DNA of 64,000 nt, taken from assembly GCA_964106915.2 (NCBI GenBank), contig OZ066920.1; one strand, written 5' to 3'. The DNA comes from Podarcis gaigeae (lineage: Eukaryota). The notes under the pieces were generated by a model that saw only the letters and a list, made by a program, of their open reading frames with translations, did not search any database and was not told where the DNA came from. Position 1 is the first letter of the stretch, and the number at the start of each line of letters is the position of its first letter. A program made the translations under genes and the position numbers. Below are positions 21,944 to 35,774 of the stretch, piece after piece.

Positions 21944-24900
21944 TGGAACTGTGACAGAACTTTATTTTTCCATTATATTTTCTCCTTGCCAGGATGGATA
22001 TTCCATTGTTTTTTATTTAGAAATATATATGTTTATATAATGAAATTTTACAGGTCAGAAGCAATCCCCCCCCCGCACCAATTTTTAAGCCTTTGTAGGG
22101 CCCTCTATTTGTCCACAGTGTAAGTTAACAGATTATTATTATTTTTTTTTGGCTTTCCCGTGGCCTCTAGTTACAAGTGCCCAAATTTGATAGAGTATAG
22201 TGACCTTAAGTCCTACTGAGGTTAAATGGATGTGGAACTGGCAGAGCAGATTGAAGATCGACATCTACATAAGTACCAAACTGTGCCTTGATCAGAGCTG
22301 AGAGAATAGACTTCCCATCTTATATAACCATTTTCTTGTACTTGAAATGTATTTATTTATTTCTTTAAAAGTGCAGCTGCCGTTCTTATTCTGTAAATGA
22401 CAAATAGGTACAGAAAGCACTGGGGATCTCTCTCTCTCTCTCTCTACAGGCTAGATAAGTATAGTGAGGAGGTGAAATGTGATGGCACAGGAGGTTGACT
22501 GACACCTGATGTGATCGTCTATGTGGTTCTGCAACACAACCTTCCTTTTACTTAGTGGAGCCTAAAAGAAGATCTGAACAACCTTCCCTGAAATGAAGGT
22601 TGGTGTGCAACAAAGTTCCATGGTGGATTGTGCCCTTTGTTGGAGGCTGGAGATCTCCTCCTGAGACTTTGGCTTTGTGGATATTAATTCTTCTTTGCAC
22701 TGTTCAAATGCAGATTCTGAACAAGGTGTTCTAGCACGTTACCTCCTAGTATTTATACTGAAACCACTGAGAGCAACCATTTTGTTGTGGTAAAAATGGC
22801 TTGTCAATTTTTGTTTTTATTTTTCAGTAGCTAGTTTATTTCCATATATGTGAATATACCCTCTTCACTTATTATGTGAAGACAATTGATACCTCAGTGG
22901 GAAGTACTAGGAAACTTATTTTCTATATGTAATGGGCATATGTTTGAAGTACTTAGTTGTGTAATTCATTTCTTTTAGCAATGGATACAAGACCATAAAG
23001 GATATTTATGGCCCACCCCACATTTCACACCCATCTTCTGGCACTCTGTTTAGCAGTTCCAGGGAGGAGACTGTTTCATAGTGGTAGGGGGAATGTGATG
23101 TTGTGAAGCACAACCGCCTCTCCCACCAAGCCAACAGCTTTCATCATTGAGCAAGTTCAAACTCCATTTCTGACCTCTGATTTCAATGGAATTTTCTTCT
23201 GTACAACATCTAGAAGTAGTTCTATTGAAGCCGATACGGAGAGAGCACTTGCTTAAAACTAGGTTATGATGGTAGTAGCCCTAGATGTTCCACATAGAAG
23301 ATTAGAGGAAAAAGAAGAGTGAATAGCAAGCTTTTCAATGGAATTATTTTGGAAGCATGCAGGTCCATGTAACTTCATAAGTAATTCATGGTGTTACATT
23401 TTGTGTGATTCAAGTTTTGTTAACAGTTCATTCATTGATGAAAGCCAACCTCCGTGGAACAGAAAGCTGCAAACATCTATAAATTAATGCACTTCCAAGC
23501 ATTGTAAAGTTCAAAACTGTAGTTTAAAACTGTGCAAGATGAAAAGTTGGAAAGCTCCTGATTTACAGAGAACGACAAATATATCGGGCATGAACACAAG
23601 ATGTCTGCCTACAATCCAGTATGATGAAAACAATTCCTTTCTCTTCAAACTTTGCTTGCGGTCTATCTCTTCTGAATATTTTGCAGAAAGCTGAAAGAAA
23701 AAACTGAAGGCTGAAATCTTACTTGTTTAATCTTGGGGACTGGGCACGGTGTGGAATTTGTGACAAAAATAAGAAAGATGCCAAAATTCAGCATACTAGA
23801 ACTCTTATGTGGAAGCAAAACAACATGCCAAGAAAATTTAGGATGTAGCTAAGCTGCATGTGCATCTAAGTGGAATGGCGATGAATTGTTACTGGAGCCT
23901 TTTTTGCTCCCTGCCTGCCTGTCCCCCCCGCCCCCACCGGCCTGAATAACCCTTGGCATTAACAATTTTTAAGCCCTGGCAGAAAAAGAGCTTTTTTTAA
24001 TATGACCAAAGCATTTTTCTTCCGTTTCAATATATTTTGTACAAAGAATAGTTGGATTACAAAGAGCCTGCCTTCTGTGAAGGGTATCAGGCCACCACGT
24101 CATGGAAGAGGTGGTGTGGCTGAGGCAGAGAAGTTCAGCATTCTAGCCCATATGTGTGTTCATTTCAAGAAGTGGACCAGTTAACCAAAGTCACCAGCTT
24201 TCATATGGAATCCTTCACCCCCCCCCCTTTATTTTGTGTGAAGGTAAACTTGTCCGTGCTTATTCATGTGCACTTCTTTCTTCTGTCTTCTATAGAATCG
24301 TGGTTGAGTTTCCTTTAATAGTCCTACTCCTGTCTCCTAAAGGCGATTAAACACTGTTTCTTACCTTTGTTCTTTCTTGTTCCTTCCACGGATCTTGGCT
24401 GATGGAACTCTCATATGACTGCAGCTCCACAGACTGTCACTTGGTGTCTTGCTTGGTGCGATGTTGTCTCTTAAGGCTGTTCTCTTAGTTCCCTAGTGGA
24501 TCTTGGAGCCCACAAACCTCCGGGCAGGCAAGCTTGGCACTATTGCTTTTATATTGTTTGCTTACCAAATAATGACCACAGTCTTACATTTTCCTGGCTA
24601 ACACATATTTATTAGATATTTAACATGGCACAGGAATATGGGCTCCTTTGGGAGGAAGAGCAGGATAGAATCTAATAATAAAATCATGGAAAATAAAAAT
24701 ACGTTGCATTTTCACTCCTTAGCATGTGAAAATAGAGCATGTGCTCTTTCGATCATGGCTGCCACTACCCTTGCTTCTTGCCCCTTCACATCTTCAGTAA
24801 AAGCACTCCATGCTTTTCCTTTGTCCTTGAAGGCCCCAGCATTCTCTGTTCTAGGTGACTGGAAATCAAACCTTTTTATATCTAGTAGCTTATCTACCTT

Positions 24901-26267
24901 CCTGAAACTTACCAAAACCTCACCTGTAGGGTTTTTTTTCTTTTGTTCTCTCTTGCTGTACCATCTTCTGCCCCTGAATATTCCAAATAACCCACCCTTG
25001 AAGCTTTATAAAATCAAAAATACATAAGCTGAGAGAATCTGCATCGCTTCCCACACAAGTATTGGCTGAGTGGGACAGTACACAAAGGGATGGTGGGGCA
25101 ACGTTTAGGACTTTGCCCATTCAGCCTTTTCCTTCACTCTGCATGGTCAGGATTTGCTTCACTTTAGGAAGAAGTTATTCTTCCAGTGACAGCACCTTTC
25201 TGAATAGGACTCTGAAGAGAGCATTTTAAAACTTGTTTCCAGGCTCTGTCTCACAACTGTTACATTCAGTGAGAAAATTGCCATGCATGCCATGTGTCAT
25301 TCCAGGGTAAGGAGAGTCTCTAGCTACTAAATCTCTTCCTGTCTCGTGGTTATTTAAAGGAAAGACAGTAGTTTTCAACAGATAGCAGTAACCTTAACTG
25401 ATACCTAAAGTTCTGTTGGCCAGTTTCACTAACAAATACTGATATTTGTCTGGAGAACTGGGTGTTAGACAGTACACTGTCTTCTGCTGCACGTTTTGTT
25501 TCTATGTGCAAATAAAGGCAAAGCTTCTGTACTTCTAAGAGTTATGTAGCACAGGGAGCTGAAGCATGTCAAGCACAGACGAGGAGAAAACTGCAATTGT
25601 TGAAACGGTATAGTAGTCCTGTCTTTCTTGGCATTTGGTCACAATTCTTTGTTTAATCCGAACTACCTTGATAATTCAAAAACCACTGCTTTTCATTATG
25701 TAAACAACCTTGATTAACACTGCTTTCATGCAGGTGCCATTAATGTGAAGGTGTGCTTGTGGGGAGGGGAGCGAATGCTTAATCAGCTGTGCCTTGAAGG
25801 ATAATTGCATGCAGAAATGTTTCTCTTCCTGTATCTCTTGCCTTTTTCCACCTGCGTTTAGACTGTAAGCTCTTCCGAGCAGAGCATCTCTCTAATTGAA
25901 ATGTTAAATGCTATGGACATCTGGGGCTATAAATAACATGACCTACTTAAAAATAGCAAACTGTCTTTTCTTTTTTCTATATAGTAAAACAAAAGACTGC
26001 TTTTGTGTTAATTGCCAAATGGGATGATCATGCAGTGCACAACTGAGTCACAAACACTAAAAATAGCACAAGGGAGGCCGGTAGGTGCCGCCCTGGAATT
26101 AACCAGCCCATCATCGCAGTTAAGAGGTTTTGGGAGAGTACCTTGGCACTCATTAATTGTGGCTGAACTATTAATACAATGCTTTTATGTTATTGCCACG
26201 GCTAGGGCACACAGCAAATTTAACTTACTTTGTTATATCGGTACTGCTAAGATGTACCCTTTTAAAA

Positions 26268-26273
26268 AATAAA
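26268..26273 (+). terminator. Candidate polyadenylation signal of the PRELID3A distal isoform
   Basis: AATAAA with TGTA upstream and T-rich sequence downstream. Other AATAAA hexamers occur near 24.7 kb and at 25511. Confidence 0.35.
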
Positions 26274-26615
26274 ACTTTAGTCTTCACTTCCTTTTCTCCC
26301 AGAAGTTGGAAGCCACTTACCTATGAGTAAGTCCTGCTAAATACAAGAGGTATTATTTTGCATAAACATGCAAAGGATTGTATTGTGTATCTATTGAGAA
26401 AGCGGAGCTTGTACATTAGCTTCCTTAAAGAGTTATTGGTGCATGGAGACATGGACTAACCGGAAGTACGATTTAACAAAATAAGATGATGTACCCGTCT
26501 TAATTGTGCAGCCATCAAGGTGGTGATTGTAAATCTTGTGAAAACCATCAATGAAACTTAATTCTAACCTTTGGGGGAAGTCCCATTCTCGTGTTTACAA
26601 TAAAAGGGGAAAAGT

Positions 26616-26991
26616 CCTTTGAAGAAGTGTGCATGCACACGAAAGCTCATACTAATAACAAATTTAAGTTGGTCTCTAAGGTGCTACTGGAAGGAATTTT
26701 CAATATAAACAATATAAAATCCCGGGAGAGGCTGGCGCTGCAGCAAAAGGCTGCTAAACACGCCCCTCTCAAGCACCTGGTTGGATGCCTGCCGAGGGGC
26801 GTGGGCGCCAGCCAGGTGAGGTGGGGGCAGGGGGCTAACGCCCCCTGCTAGGGGCAGAGCTCGGGCTCACGCCCACAACCACTCCCCTCTCTTGCAAGGA
26901 GGAGAGTCTCTGGTCTCTAAGGTGCTACTGGAAGGATTTGTTTTATTTTGTTTCGACTACGGCAGACCAACACGATTACCTACCTGTAGCA
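26616..26991 (+). mobile_element. Penelope-like element remnant with an internal GC-rich insert
   Basis: Same family as 19752-19940; 7-bp flanking repeat gaaaagt; internal 26-bp direct repeat. Confidence 0.7.
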
Positions 26992-27584
26992 GAAAAGTAT
27001 GCAGTGGTACACACAACTTACTCTCTGCAATATTAGAAAACGTATTGATCTGATGAAGCAATGAAGACATCAATACAACTTTTAGAATAGGTTTTTTTTT
27101 TAATTTGTAATGCATAAACTGCATATCAGTATTACATAACAGGAAAACAAGCAGAAGAATTCTATTGCCTTTTTCATTTACAAATGGCTACCCTGGTGCA
27201 TCAGAAGCCATACAAAAACATGCACAGTGACATCACATAGGAGGAATTGAAGAACTAACTTTATCTTGTGCTTCCAGTTGTTTTTCGTAAAGGTATGCTG
27301 TTCCTCAACCCTGCAACTATACATAATTAAGAGGATTTTGAGGGATGCAAATTTGACTGAGAATTTTGCTTTCTAATATATAAGGTTACACTGCTGAGAT
27401 TTGAAACTTATGCCTAAAGGAAGTTATAAAATGGGATTTAAAGGATATTGAGTTTTCTTAGCCTAGTATGCTGATAGAATTTAGTTATTAAACGAAGCAC
27501 TAAGATGAACATGTTTTTTAGAGACGAATCTGTGAGTTATTTCTCCTGCCAAATATATTTCAGCTTAGTTTTACCTTTCACTAT

Positions 27585-27745
27585 CTTTACTCCCACTCTT
27601 CTCTCAAGGAGCTCAAGCTGGCAGGGCTGGGTGGCTTAAATTTATCCTGATGACAGCCCTATAAGCAGGTAAGACTTTTTAAGAGTGGTGAACCCAGGGT
27701 CACACATTATGACGGAGAAGGAATTTGAACATGCATCTCCCTATG
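27585..27745 (-). mobile_element. Ancient MIR-like SINE remnant
   Basis: tttatcct...acagccct...cccagggtcacac...gaatttgaac; similar remnants near 41130-41230 and 62020-62170. Confidence 0.4.
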
Positions 27746-29186
27746 GTTGGTGGGTAGCTTGTAAGTTGCTTTGGGTTGCCTTGGGCAAGATAGTGACTGA
27801 CTAATTTAATTCATTAATAACAATATCCATTCACATGATGTTTGTAAATTAATTCACCTGCATACACACCACAAAAATGAGCATGTGTTGCTTGTTGATT
27901 TAGAGGCCACATAGAGCTTCTTTTGCCACCCCTGCTTACAGGTGCAGAGCTCTAGCCTTAGTTCTCTGCTTGCTTTCTAAAGCCAGCTAACTAGGAGTTG
28001 GCAACATAGCTGAAGACAGGCGTGGGAATTGAAAGCAGCATTCCGCTTCCTTCCCTGGGGCAATTGGTCCTTAACACGGAAGGAGATCTAGGTTTAACTA
28101 CTGTTTTCACACTTGCAGTGCAGGATCAGTAAAAACAACAACCAACCAAACACTAATTGTTGAGGTAGTATGTTTTTATGTTTATCTCTTTATACTACTT
28201 ACGTTTTTGTTGTCTGTGGTTTCTTTTTGTCTGCTGCTTAGATTTTTAAACCAGCAGTTTTAAATAAATTTCAAAGTACCGATTATAGCAGCCACCACCA
28301 ACTTTATTGTATAAACTTTGTTCTGTAGGTGCTCCATTAATGGATAGTGCTGTCTAAAAAAAGCCTGTCAAGACATTTGATGTTACTTTAGCAGAGATAC
28401 TTCACATATCTTTAATATGTACCCTTCTATGGACACACTTTGTTAGCAAGTGCAGATCTCTACATGCGCGTTTTCCATTAATTCCGTGTCTCTTAGTATA
28501 GAATGATGATCTCTGATACTAGTTTAGAAACAGAAATCCAACCAATAGGGGAAAAGTCATAGCACAGGAATACTGCAATACTAAATTCTGTCAGCTGTAG
28601 CAACTTATTGCTACAGAGCCTTTCTACCACGAAGCATTCAGCATTTAAAGTCTTTGTAAGTGCAAATCTAGCTGGAATTCCACAAGGGTGCTTGTATAGT
28701 CATTATACTCTTAGTGGCTTTTGAACAATATTTATTTATTTAGTCTTTTTAATAGCAAAAAGATAAATGGGTTCCCTATATTATAATTCAGAAAGATGTC
28801 ATTTAAAAACAGTAAACTAAACTGCCAGGTATGTTCTTCTTTGGCACACATCAGATTGTGGCAATATTAATTACAAGCTACTTTTGTCTGCATGATAAAT
28901 TTTATATCCAATTTTGTAAGACCTACCGATCAATTGTATTCTAAAAACTGAAAAGTACTTAAGCTGGTGCTTTTAGAATCGGTGGTGTGGAGGACCTCAC
29001 CTCCTGCCCAAGTGATGGCTAGATTTGCATGCAAGTTGTAACACATTATAATGGGTATTTTCCCCCTGCTTAGAATTTTCCTTAGCATGGCATTACATCA
29101 TGCTCATTCCAGAATATCACTTTGTGTTAGCTTAAGCCAAGATACACTTTTTAAATGGGTACTATAAATCAGGTGATCAACCCCCC

Positions 29187-29258
29187 CCAACCAACCAACC
29201 AACCAACCAACCAACCAACCAAATACATACATACATACATACATACATACATACATAC
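29187..29258. repeat. Compound (CCAA)n(TACA)n microsatellite
   Basis: Directly visible in the sequence. Confidence 0.9.
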
Positions 29259-32248
29259 CAGCAATGTAAAATTAGTTACATGGTCCTTTGGGTCCAAGTG
29301 TGGTCAATGCCATCTTGGGGGGAAAACATCCACCATGTATGAAACAATATGCAAATTCAATCCTTCAGGAGTCAAATTGGTGTCACAGATAAAAATTTCT
29401 TCAAAAAATACGCAATACAAATACCAGGTAATTTGGAGCAGTGTTACATATATATTGCAAATGACAGAATGTCGTTTGAATTTGCTAACATCATGTAACC
29501 TTCAAATTACTAAAACAAAACAAAACAAACCAACCACCAAGTATTTGAACGTGAACTAAAGTTATTTTTGGGAAGTAATCCTGAATGCATAAATAATATG
29601 CAACAGTATTCTTGATTATCTCATAAACAAAAGATGAAGAGTGCAATCGTAAGCATGAGAGAATAAACACAGTAGGATGCACCATGTGAATATGCAGAAG
29701 ATTGTGCTGTGCAGTTTGCATCTAGAGTATTTAAAAATTCTTATTCTATAAGCCACAGTAGCTTCTGCTTTTCCACAGCAACGGACACAGTCAATAAGTT
29801 GCATGATATTCTAAAAATCTTGCATTTGGTTTCCAGTGCAACTGCAATCTTTTAACTGGTGAGGGGAGGGGGGAGAGCACTTGTTCTTACTCTTCAAGGC
29901 AGAGAAAGAGTTGTGGAAATTGCGGAGGTGAGGGAGGGAAAGATGGTCTACAATTAAAATACTTGTGCTGTTAGAATTCCAAAATTGTGCTAACAAGTAC
30001 CCACACATGATGCCATCGCTTGCCGAATACCTGCTTGGTGTGTCAGTATTTCACAAATGAAAATGTGAAACCATGCGTTATTAAAAGGGAACCTCGTTTG
30101 ACTCGCTTCGCGTGCAGTAATCACAGAACTTTTTATTAATAGGGATAGGCAGAACAGAAGGGGTTGGGGAAGAGGGGTGATAAGTTTGAATTAATTTGTT
30201 ATTGAATATGATTCCTTTGGTAGAAAGGCCAAATTAATTTATTTTCTGACAGAATTTACACAATTAATGTAAATGTAGTAGTTGCAGAGACTAAGGATTC
30301 AGCACAAATGACATGTAATTAGAAAAGCAGCTTGAGGTACAGAAATGTTTTTGGGAAAGTTTTTTAAACTTCGGTTTGTGAATCTTGTGCCAATTAAATG
30401 CTTAAAAAAAATAGCCCATCAAAATTGCTTTATTGCTGTTCTTCAGATACATCTGATAGATTTTCTTCCTTTCATGCAGCCCAAGCAAGTACTAAAATAT
30501 TCATTTCAAATATTGTACAGAGTTATAACAAATTATTAACACAGACAAAAGCTATGACAGAAAGGTGTTTTTATTTTCCTCATATTTCATATTTAAATAA
30601 AGGATTTCAACCAAAATAATAATAGAGTAACATTGTCACCAGGGATGCATAAAAGTTCTGTCTGCACACCAAGGCATTGCAAAGGCTTGTCGCCACCTTC
30701 TGCAGAGCGGAGCTAGCTTGGAATTTCCCACAAAATATTTTCATGTACAAAACACACAATCATTTTACTGGATGCAGGTTTTCTACAATACACTTGGGGT
30801 ACGTCCTAGATTTATTAGTAATTAGAAAAATAAATGCTTTAAAGTTCTTATGGTGCCAAGTTTGCTGTTCTAGATAGCCTTTCTCCTCTTTAAAACTCAT
30901 TTAAACATTGGTATGATTTCTGATAACACAGAAGTTGGCTCATTTAGCTTATTTTAAATTTCCTCTTCACTCTTCATGAGAAGGTTGATTCTCACTACAA
31001 AGAGTGGTGGTTCTCCAAAGTTAATATATTTTACACATATTTACAAGTTGATATGACTATGTTGAAACAGTAGGGCACCAAAAAGCTTCACGTTGCAGGC
31101 AGCTTCCTGTGATATGGAGAAACAGAGTGAATATCCTTATTACTTGGACCACAGTTGGAATATTAATGGCAAGGTGACAAGAATGTTATGTCACATAACA
31201 CAACACTCAAGGAACCAAATTTCTCCTCAGGCTTCAAACAACAACTTTGTGGAACTTCCTCCCCCAAATTAAAGGCCGGCATATTTCCTTCATCCTGACA
31301 GAAGGAGTCAAAGAGGAAATGAGAAAGGCAAAGGGCACTTGGAAAGTGGTGACTGAAAAATATTGAGCTTGCTAGTGGCAGTTTCTATTAAGATCGAATA
31401 CTGCATGTGGCTGTAAGTGCATTGTCAAAGGGAAAGAAAGAAGGAATTGTGTTGTCTGTGTGCAGGGATAAAATTATTGAGACAAGTAAGCGGCCTCCGC
31501 TTATATCGCTGGCATTCAAGGTGACTCACACTGTCAGCACTTCAACCTCAAACCCCTCACCTTAGAATTTGAGGGGCCCTCTACCAGAAAGATCCCCACT
31601 TCGCTCCCTGTAATTTGACTGGACCCATAGGAGCACCAAAGTTCATTTGTGCAATACTAATAAAGAGCCTAGAAAATCTAAAGAATATTTAATAGAACGA
31701 GGCGACGACATGAGTCCCAGCCACATTTCACAAAGAGAATTCAGGCATTTGTCTGAACACGTGAACTCTGTATCTGTAGGCAGGAGATGGCACATGCAAG
31801 CCCTGCCCCACACATTTGTTCCAAAACTTCTCCACGTTGAGCAGGATAGGTCTATAAGGGCATAGTACTTGCATTCCCTTAAATGTGAGTAGAACATCAT
31901 GCATGATTGGGTACTCTGCTCAACCTGGGGAAGGCTGGAGACTGAGTGTGTGAGCTGATATAGATGGGGTTGTTGGGAGTAGGCTTTCCATCCATAGATG
32001 CATTTGTGTGTCCAGGCACATATCAGAATACACCTTATTTCTCTAGAAAAGTGGCTAGACAACCGGTTCTTGATAAAGACCCCAGATTGAGGAAATAGAG
32101 CGGGTTAGCTGCATGGAAGGAGAAGAGATGACATAGAAAACCTGGAATGGTGAGAATCTCCTAGCTGATGCCTCACCTTACTGGGAGCCATTGCTGATGC
32201 CTTTGTGAGCTGTGAGGTGACCCCTTTGCTTCCATAAAATTTGTGGCA

Positions 32249-32254
32249 TTTATT
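32249..32254 (-). terminator. Candidate SPIRE1 polyadenylation signal
   Basis: AATAAA on the - strand about 1.9 kb after the stop; further candidates at 30429-30434 and 30132-30137. Confidence 0.35.
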
Positions 32255-34183
32255 AATAAACTGTAGCAAAATATAAAAGGAACAGGTGCTCTCAGTACAT
32301 TTTTTCCAAGCTGATTAATGGAAAAAAGACTATAGTCTAACAATACTTCTTGGTCTGATGTCATCACAATGCAATTTTATCATGTCAATTAACAAAGTGA
32401 AATTTAACTTCTGCTGTTATTGACCATGGGTTATGTCCATTGCTGGAACTCTTGTGGCTTTCCCTGTAGGAGTGTTTTATTTTGCCAGTGAGAATTCCTC
32501 AATTGTGCCAACAGTGCCAGTTTTGTCTGTAGTGTAGACACGACCTACATTTGTTTACCAATGAAAATAGAGTAGTCCCACTGTCTTGGCTGAGTTGCTT
32601 AAGAATAATTGGACCAGAGACCCCATTGCATCCTAAGACCCCAAACATTGGTGCTTGTGCAATTAGTTAAATTTCAGATATTAGAGCAGCAATATCAGGC
32701 TTTTAGTCTTTACATAGTAGCTCTATTTCTTGGCCTCTAATGTTTTGGTTTTCTTGGAAGATAAGATTCATTTCTCAGCATATTTTCATTAAAAAAATGT
32801 CAGGATAGAGGTTGCATTAAAGCAGATTCTGCTTATTTTGGAAGTGAACTGAGATGTATCTCATCAAGCTAAAATGTGAAAATGAAAATTCAAATATTTG
32901 AATCCTTCCTATCATATACTGAATGCTGATATTAAATATGGACCTAGCCATTAAAAACGTGAAAGGATTATTGTTCCTGTCCACTGGATGATTTGCAAAT
33001 ATTTATAACTGTGCTGTTATAAATATAAAAACAACCTAGCTGCACACTCGACACTAAGCCCCAGTTTGTTTACATTTAAAAATCAGAATATAAAAGAGTG
33101 CAAAAATGTAATGTTTGGTAATATTCCTGGAACTTCAAAACAGCTAGACAGTGTTTCTCCAAACCTTAAAAAAAAACTACCTCTCAATCTGAGACACTCC
33201 TGCCTCAAATTTTTGCAGGGTATAAAATTTCTTTACAGCCAAGATACAAACCCCTATAAAAATGGGGCTTATAATGGATATGCTTCCAGACCCTTAATTA
33301 TAGCAGTACTTAGGTGTTCTACTATAATACAAATATACATATGATCTATTTTCTCAGGATTGTCACCCAGAGAATGTTCTTAATTTTACAAAAAACTCAT
33401 TAATATTAAAAAGTTGCACTTATCTTGCATCCCCTCCATAGAGAGTATTTTGCTTATGTCTAAAAGCTACAACTAACAACTACTGCAACTAACATTCAGA
33501 ATACATTCAAGATAGGGAAGAAACTGCTATTACTTTAGACATAACACACTTATCATTATACTGGAACAAGTAGCAGCTGCAGGAAATAGTTACCCAATCC
33601 AGGCTTCTTAGCTTATTCAATATTTTATTCTAGAACCCAGACAGTATGAACTATCTAGTTTGGATTGATCGACCATGCTGAGCACATCCTTTAAAGCTTT
33701 GTGCTATACCATAAGGCATTAAGAGCCATGGCCCCCGTCAATTTTCTGTACAAGCATGGGCTTGTACAAAGACTGAAATGTAAATGTTAGTTGGTAGTAA
33801 ATGCCAGCATAGTTCGATAATTACAACTGTGCTAACACCATTGTGTAGTTCCGTAACTATATTTTGACTCTTCTTGAAAATGATCGAAGGAATGAACACT
33901 AGAAAAAATAATGCAAGTAAAGGCGCTCTTTGTACACTGTGCCACATACAAAAAGGCAACAATTTCAAATGGACATTTTCTTCCTGTGCAAACAGTTTTA
34001 TCTACTGACCTGCTGCATAGCCCAATTTCTTACTTTCTCTCTGTGTATAAATTATGGAGTGGCAAAACCAGTGATCTAATGCAAATGTAAGCTGTCAGGT
34101 AGAACAACGGAAAAAAGACATTCTGGTTTCACCGAGTTCTCTCAAGACTTCATGAATACAAAGCAAAGAGAAAGGCACACAGC

Positions 34184-34442
34184 TCAGATCTCATTGATAG
34201 TCCTCTCAGAAGGGCAATACTCCGAGGTGCCTGGGGAGGACATGTAGAATGACTGGGTTTTCCTTTTTAATCTGGCTCGCTTGTTAGCCAGGGAGAGGCT
34301 GCGGCGGCTTGAATTGATGATTTCCGAAATGAACTTTTTGCAGTCCACACATACTTCCATGGTGCTCCAGTCCTCCATTAGCTCTTTTGGAAACAGTGCT
34401 TCTTCATCTGATTTATCTACAGACTTGGACTTTGAGGATAAC
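34184..34442 (-). CDS. SPIRE1: SPIRE1 last coding exon
   Basis: [42 protein letters not shown]...PSERTINEI-stop. Confidence 0.97.
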
Positions 34443-34616
34443 CTGAAAACAAAGCAACAATTCTATTCTTATTAGGGTTATTTAGTTTTCCAATTGTACT
34501 AGAGAGGTGAACTCTGTGCACTCTAAAATAACAAATCTGTCTCTCACATGTCTTTTTGCTTCCTAACATACTGTGTCAGGGGAGAGAGGTGTTTCTTGTG
34601 GCCAGATATGATTATT

Positions 34617-35067
34617 ATGACTGGGAGTGGCGACCGGGACCACATAACACTGGTTCTGAGAGATCTGCATTGGCTCCCAGTACATTTCCGAGCACAATTC
34701 AAAGTGTTGGTGCTGACCTTTAAAACCCTAAACGGCCTCGGTCCTGTATACCTGAAGGAGCGTCTCCACCCCCATCGTTCAGCCCGGACACTGAGATCCA
34801 GTGCCGAGGGCCTTCTGGTGGTTCCCTCATTGCAAGGTTACAGGGAACCAGACAGAGGGCCTTCTCGGTAGTGGCGCCCACTCTTTGGAACACCCTCCCT
34901 TCAGATGTGAAGGAAATAAGTAGCTATCATATCTTTAAAAGACATCTGAAGGCAGCCCTGTTCAGGGAAGTTTTTAATATTTAACGCTGTATTGTTTTTA
35001 ATACTTGAATGGGAGCCACCCAGAGGGGCTGGGGAAACTCAGCCAGATGGGCGGGGTATAAATAATA

Positions 35068-35118
<51 letters not shown>
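34617..35118 (+). mobile_element. L2 LINE 3' fragment with (TAT)n tail
   Basis: Encodes DHITLVLRDLHWLPVHFRAQFKVLVLTFKTLNGLGPVYLKERL; ends gggcggggtataaataat plus (TAT)n; lies in the last SPIRE1 intron. Confidence 0.85.
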
Positions 35119-35637
35119 CAACCACATCAACTGTTAATGAACAGCCAGGTTAATGCATTATGTCAGATTTAAAGAGAAAAGCCAAAGATAAGATAAATTT
35201 GCCACAAATTGGCAGCCATTTATGGACTCAAACAAAGCTCTATGGTTGAGCAAAATATATTGTTGTTTTATACTGATTTGAAGTCAGGTTTGGCAAGGAT
35301 GGTTAAATTACTATTTAATCCATTTTATATAGATTCTTGCCTATTTTCCCACTTTTAACTTTGGTTATTTTCTTTTGAAATAGAATACAATTTTGTGTTT
35401 AATTTTGCAAATGTCACCTAATTCTGCAGTGTTTTATTTAAATTTTGACAGCTCCCCCCATTTAACTGTATTTTTTTTTAAGAAAGAGAGAATAATAGTA
35501 AGCATCTGCAAGAGCATCTTAGAAATAAATATATGTAACAATTCACTGCCCACAAATAAAATGAACTATGGAATATAGTCCATGAAAGTAGCTGGTAGTA
35601 GATAAGCAGTCTAATCTTAATCAGAAGTATCACTTAC

Positions 35638-35774
35638 CTTGGCATACCCCTAAGGGACCGGTGATGGCTAGTGGAAGGTTTATCTGGCCTCATAAAACTC
35701 TCTCCTTTCTGTAAAGCCGAAGGTCCCAGAGAAAAGATGGGAAGTGTAGAATATGGCTTTGATGGCAGGCGCAT
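35638..35774 (-). CDS. SPIRE1: SPIRE1 penultimate coding exon
   Basis: 137 nt, [45 protein letters not shown](R). Confidence 0.95.

Noticed and set aside
24712-24915. Protein-looking 67-aa ORF (…DVKGQEARVVAAMIERAHALF…)
   Set aside because: No recognisable family, no supporting exon structure or promoter; it lies antisense within a probable 3' UTR.
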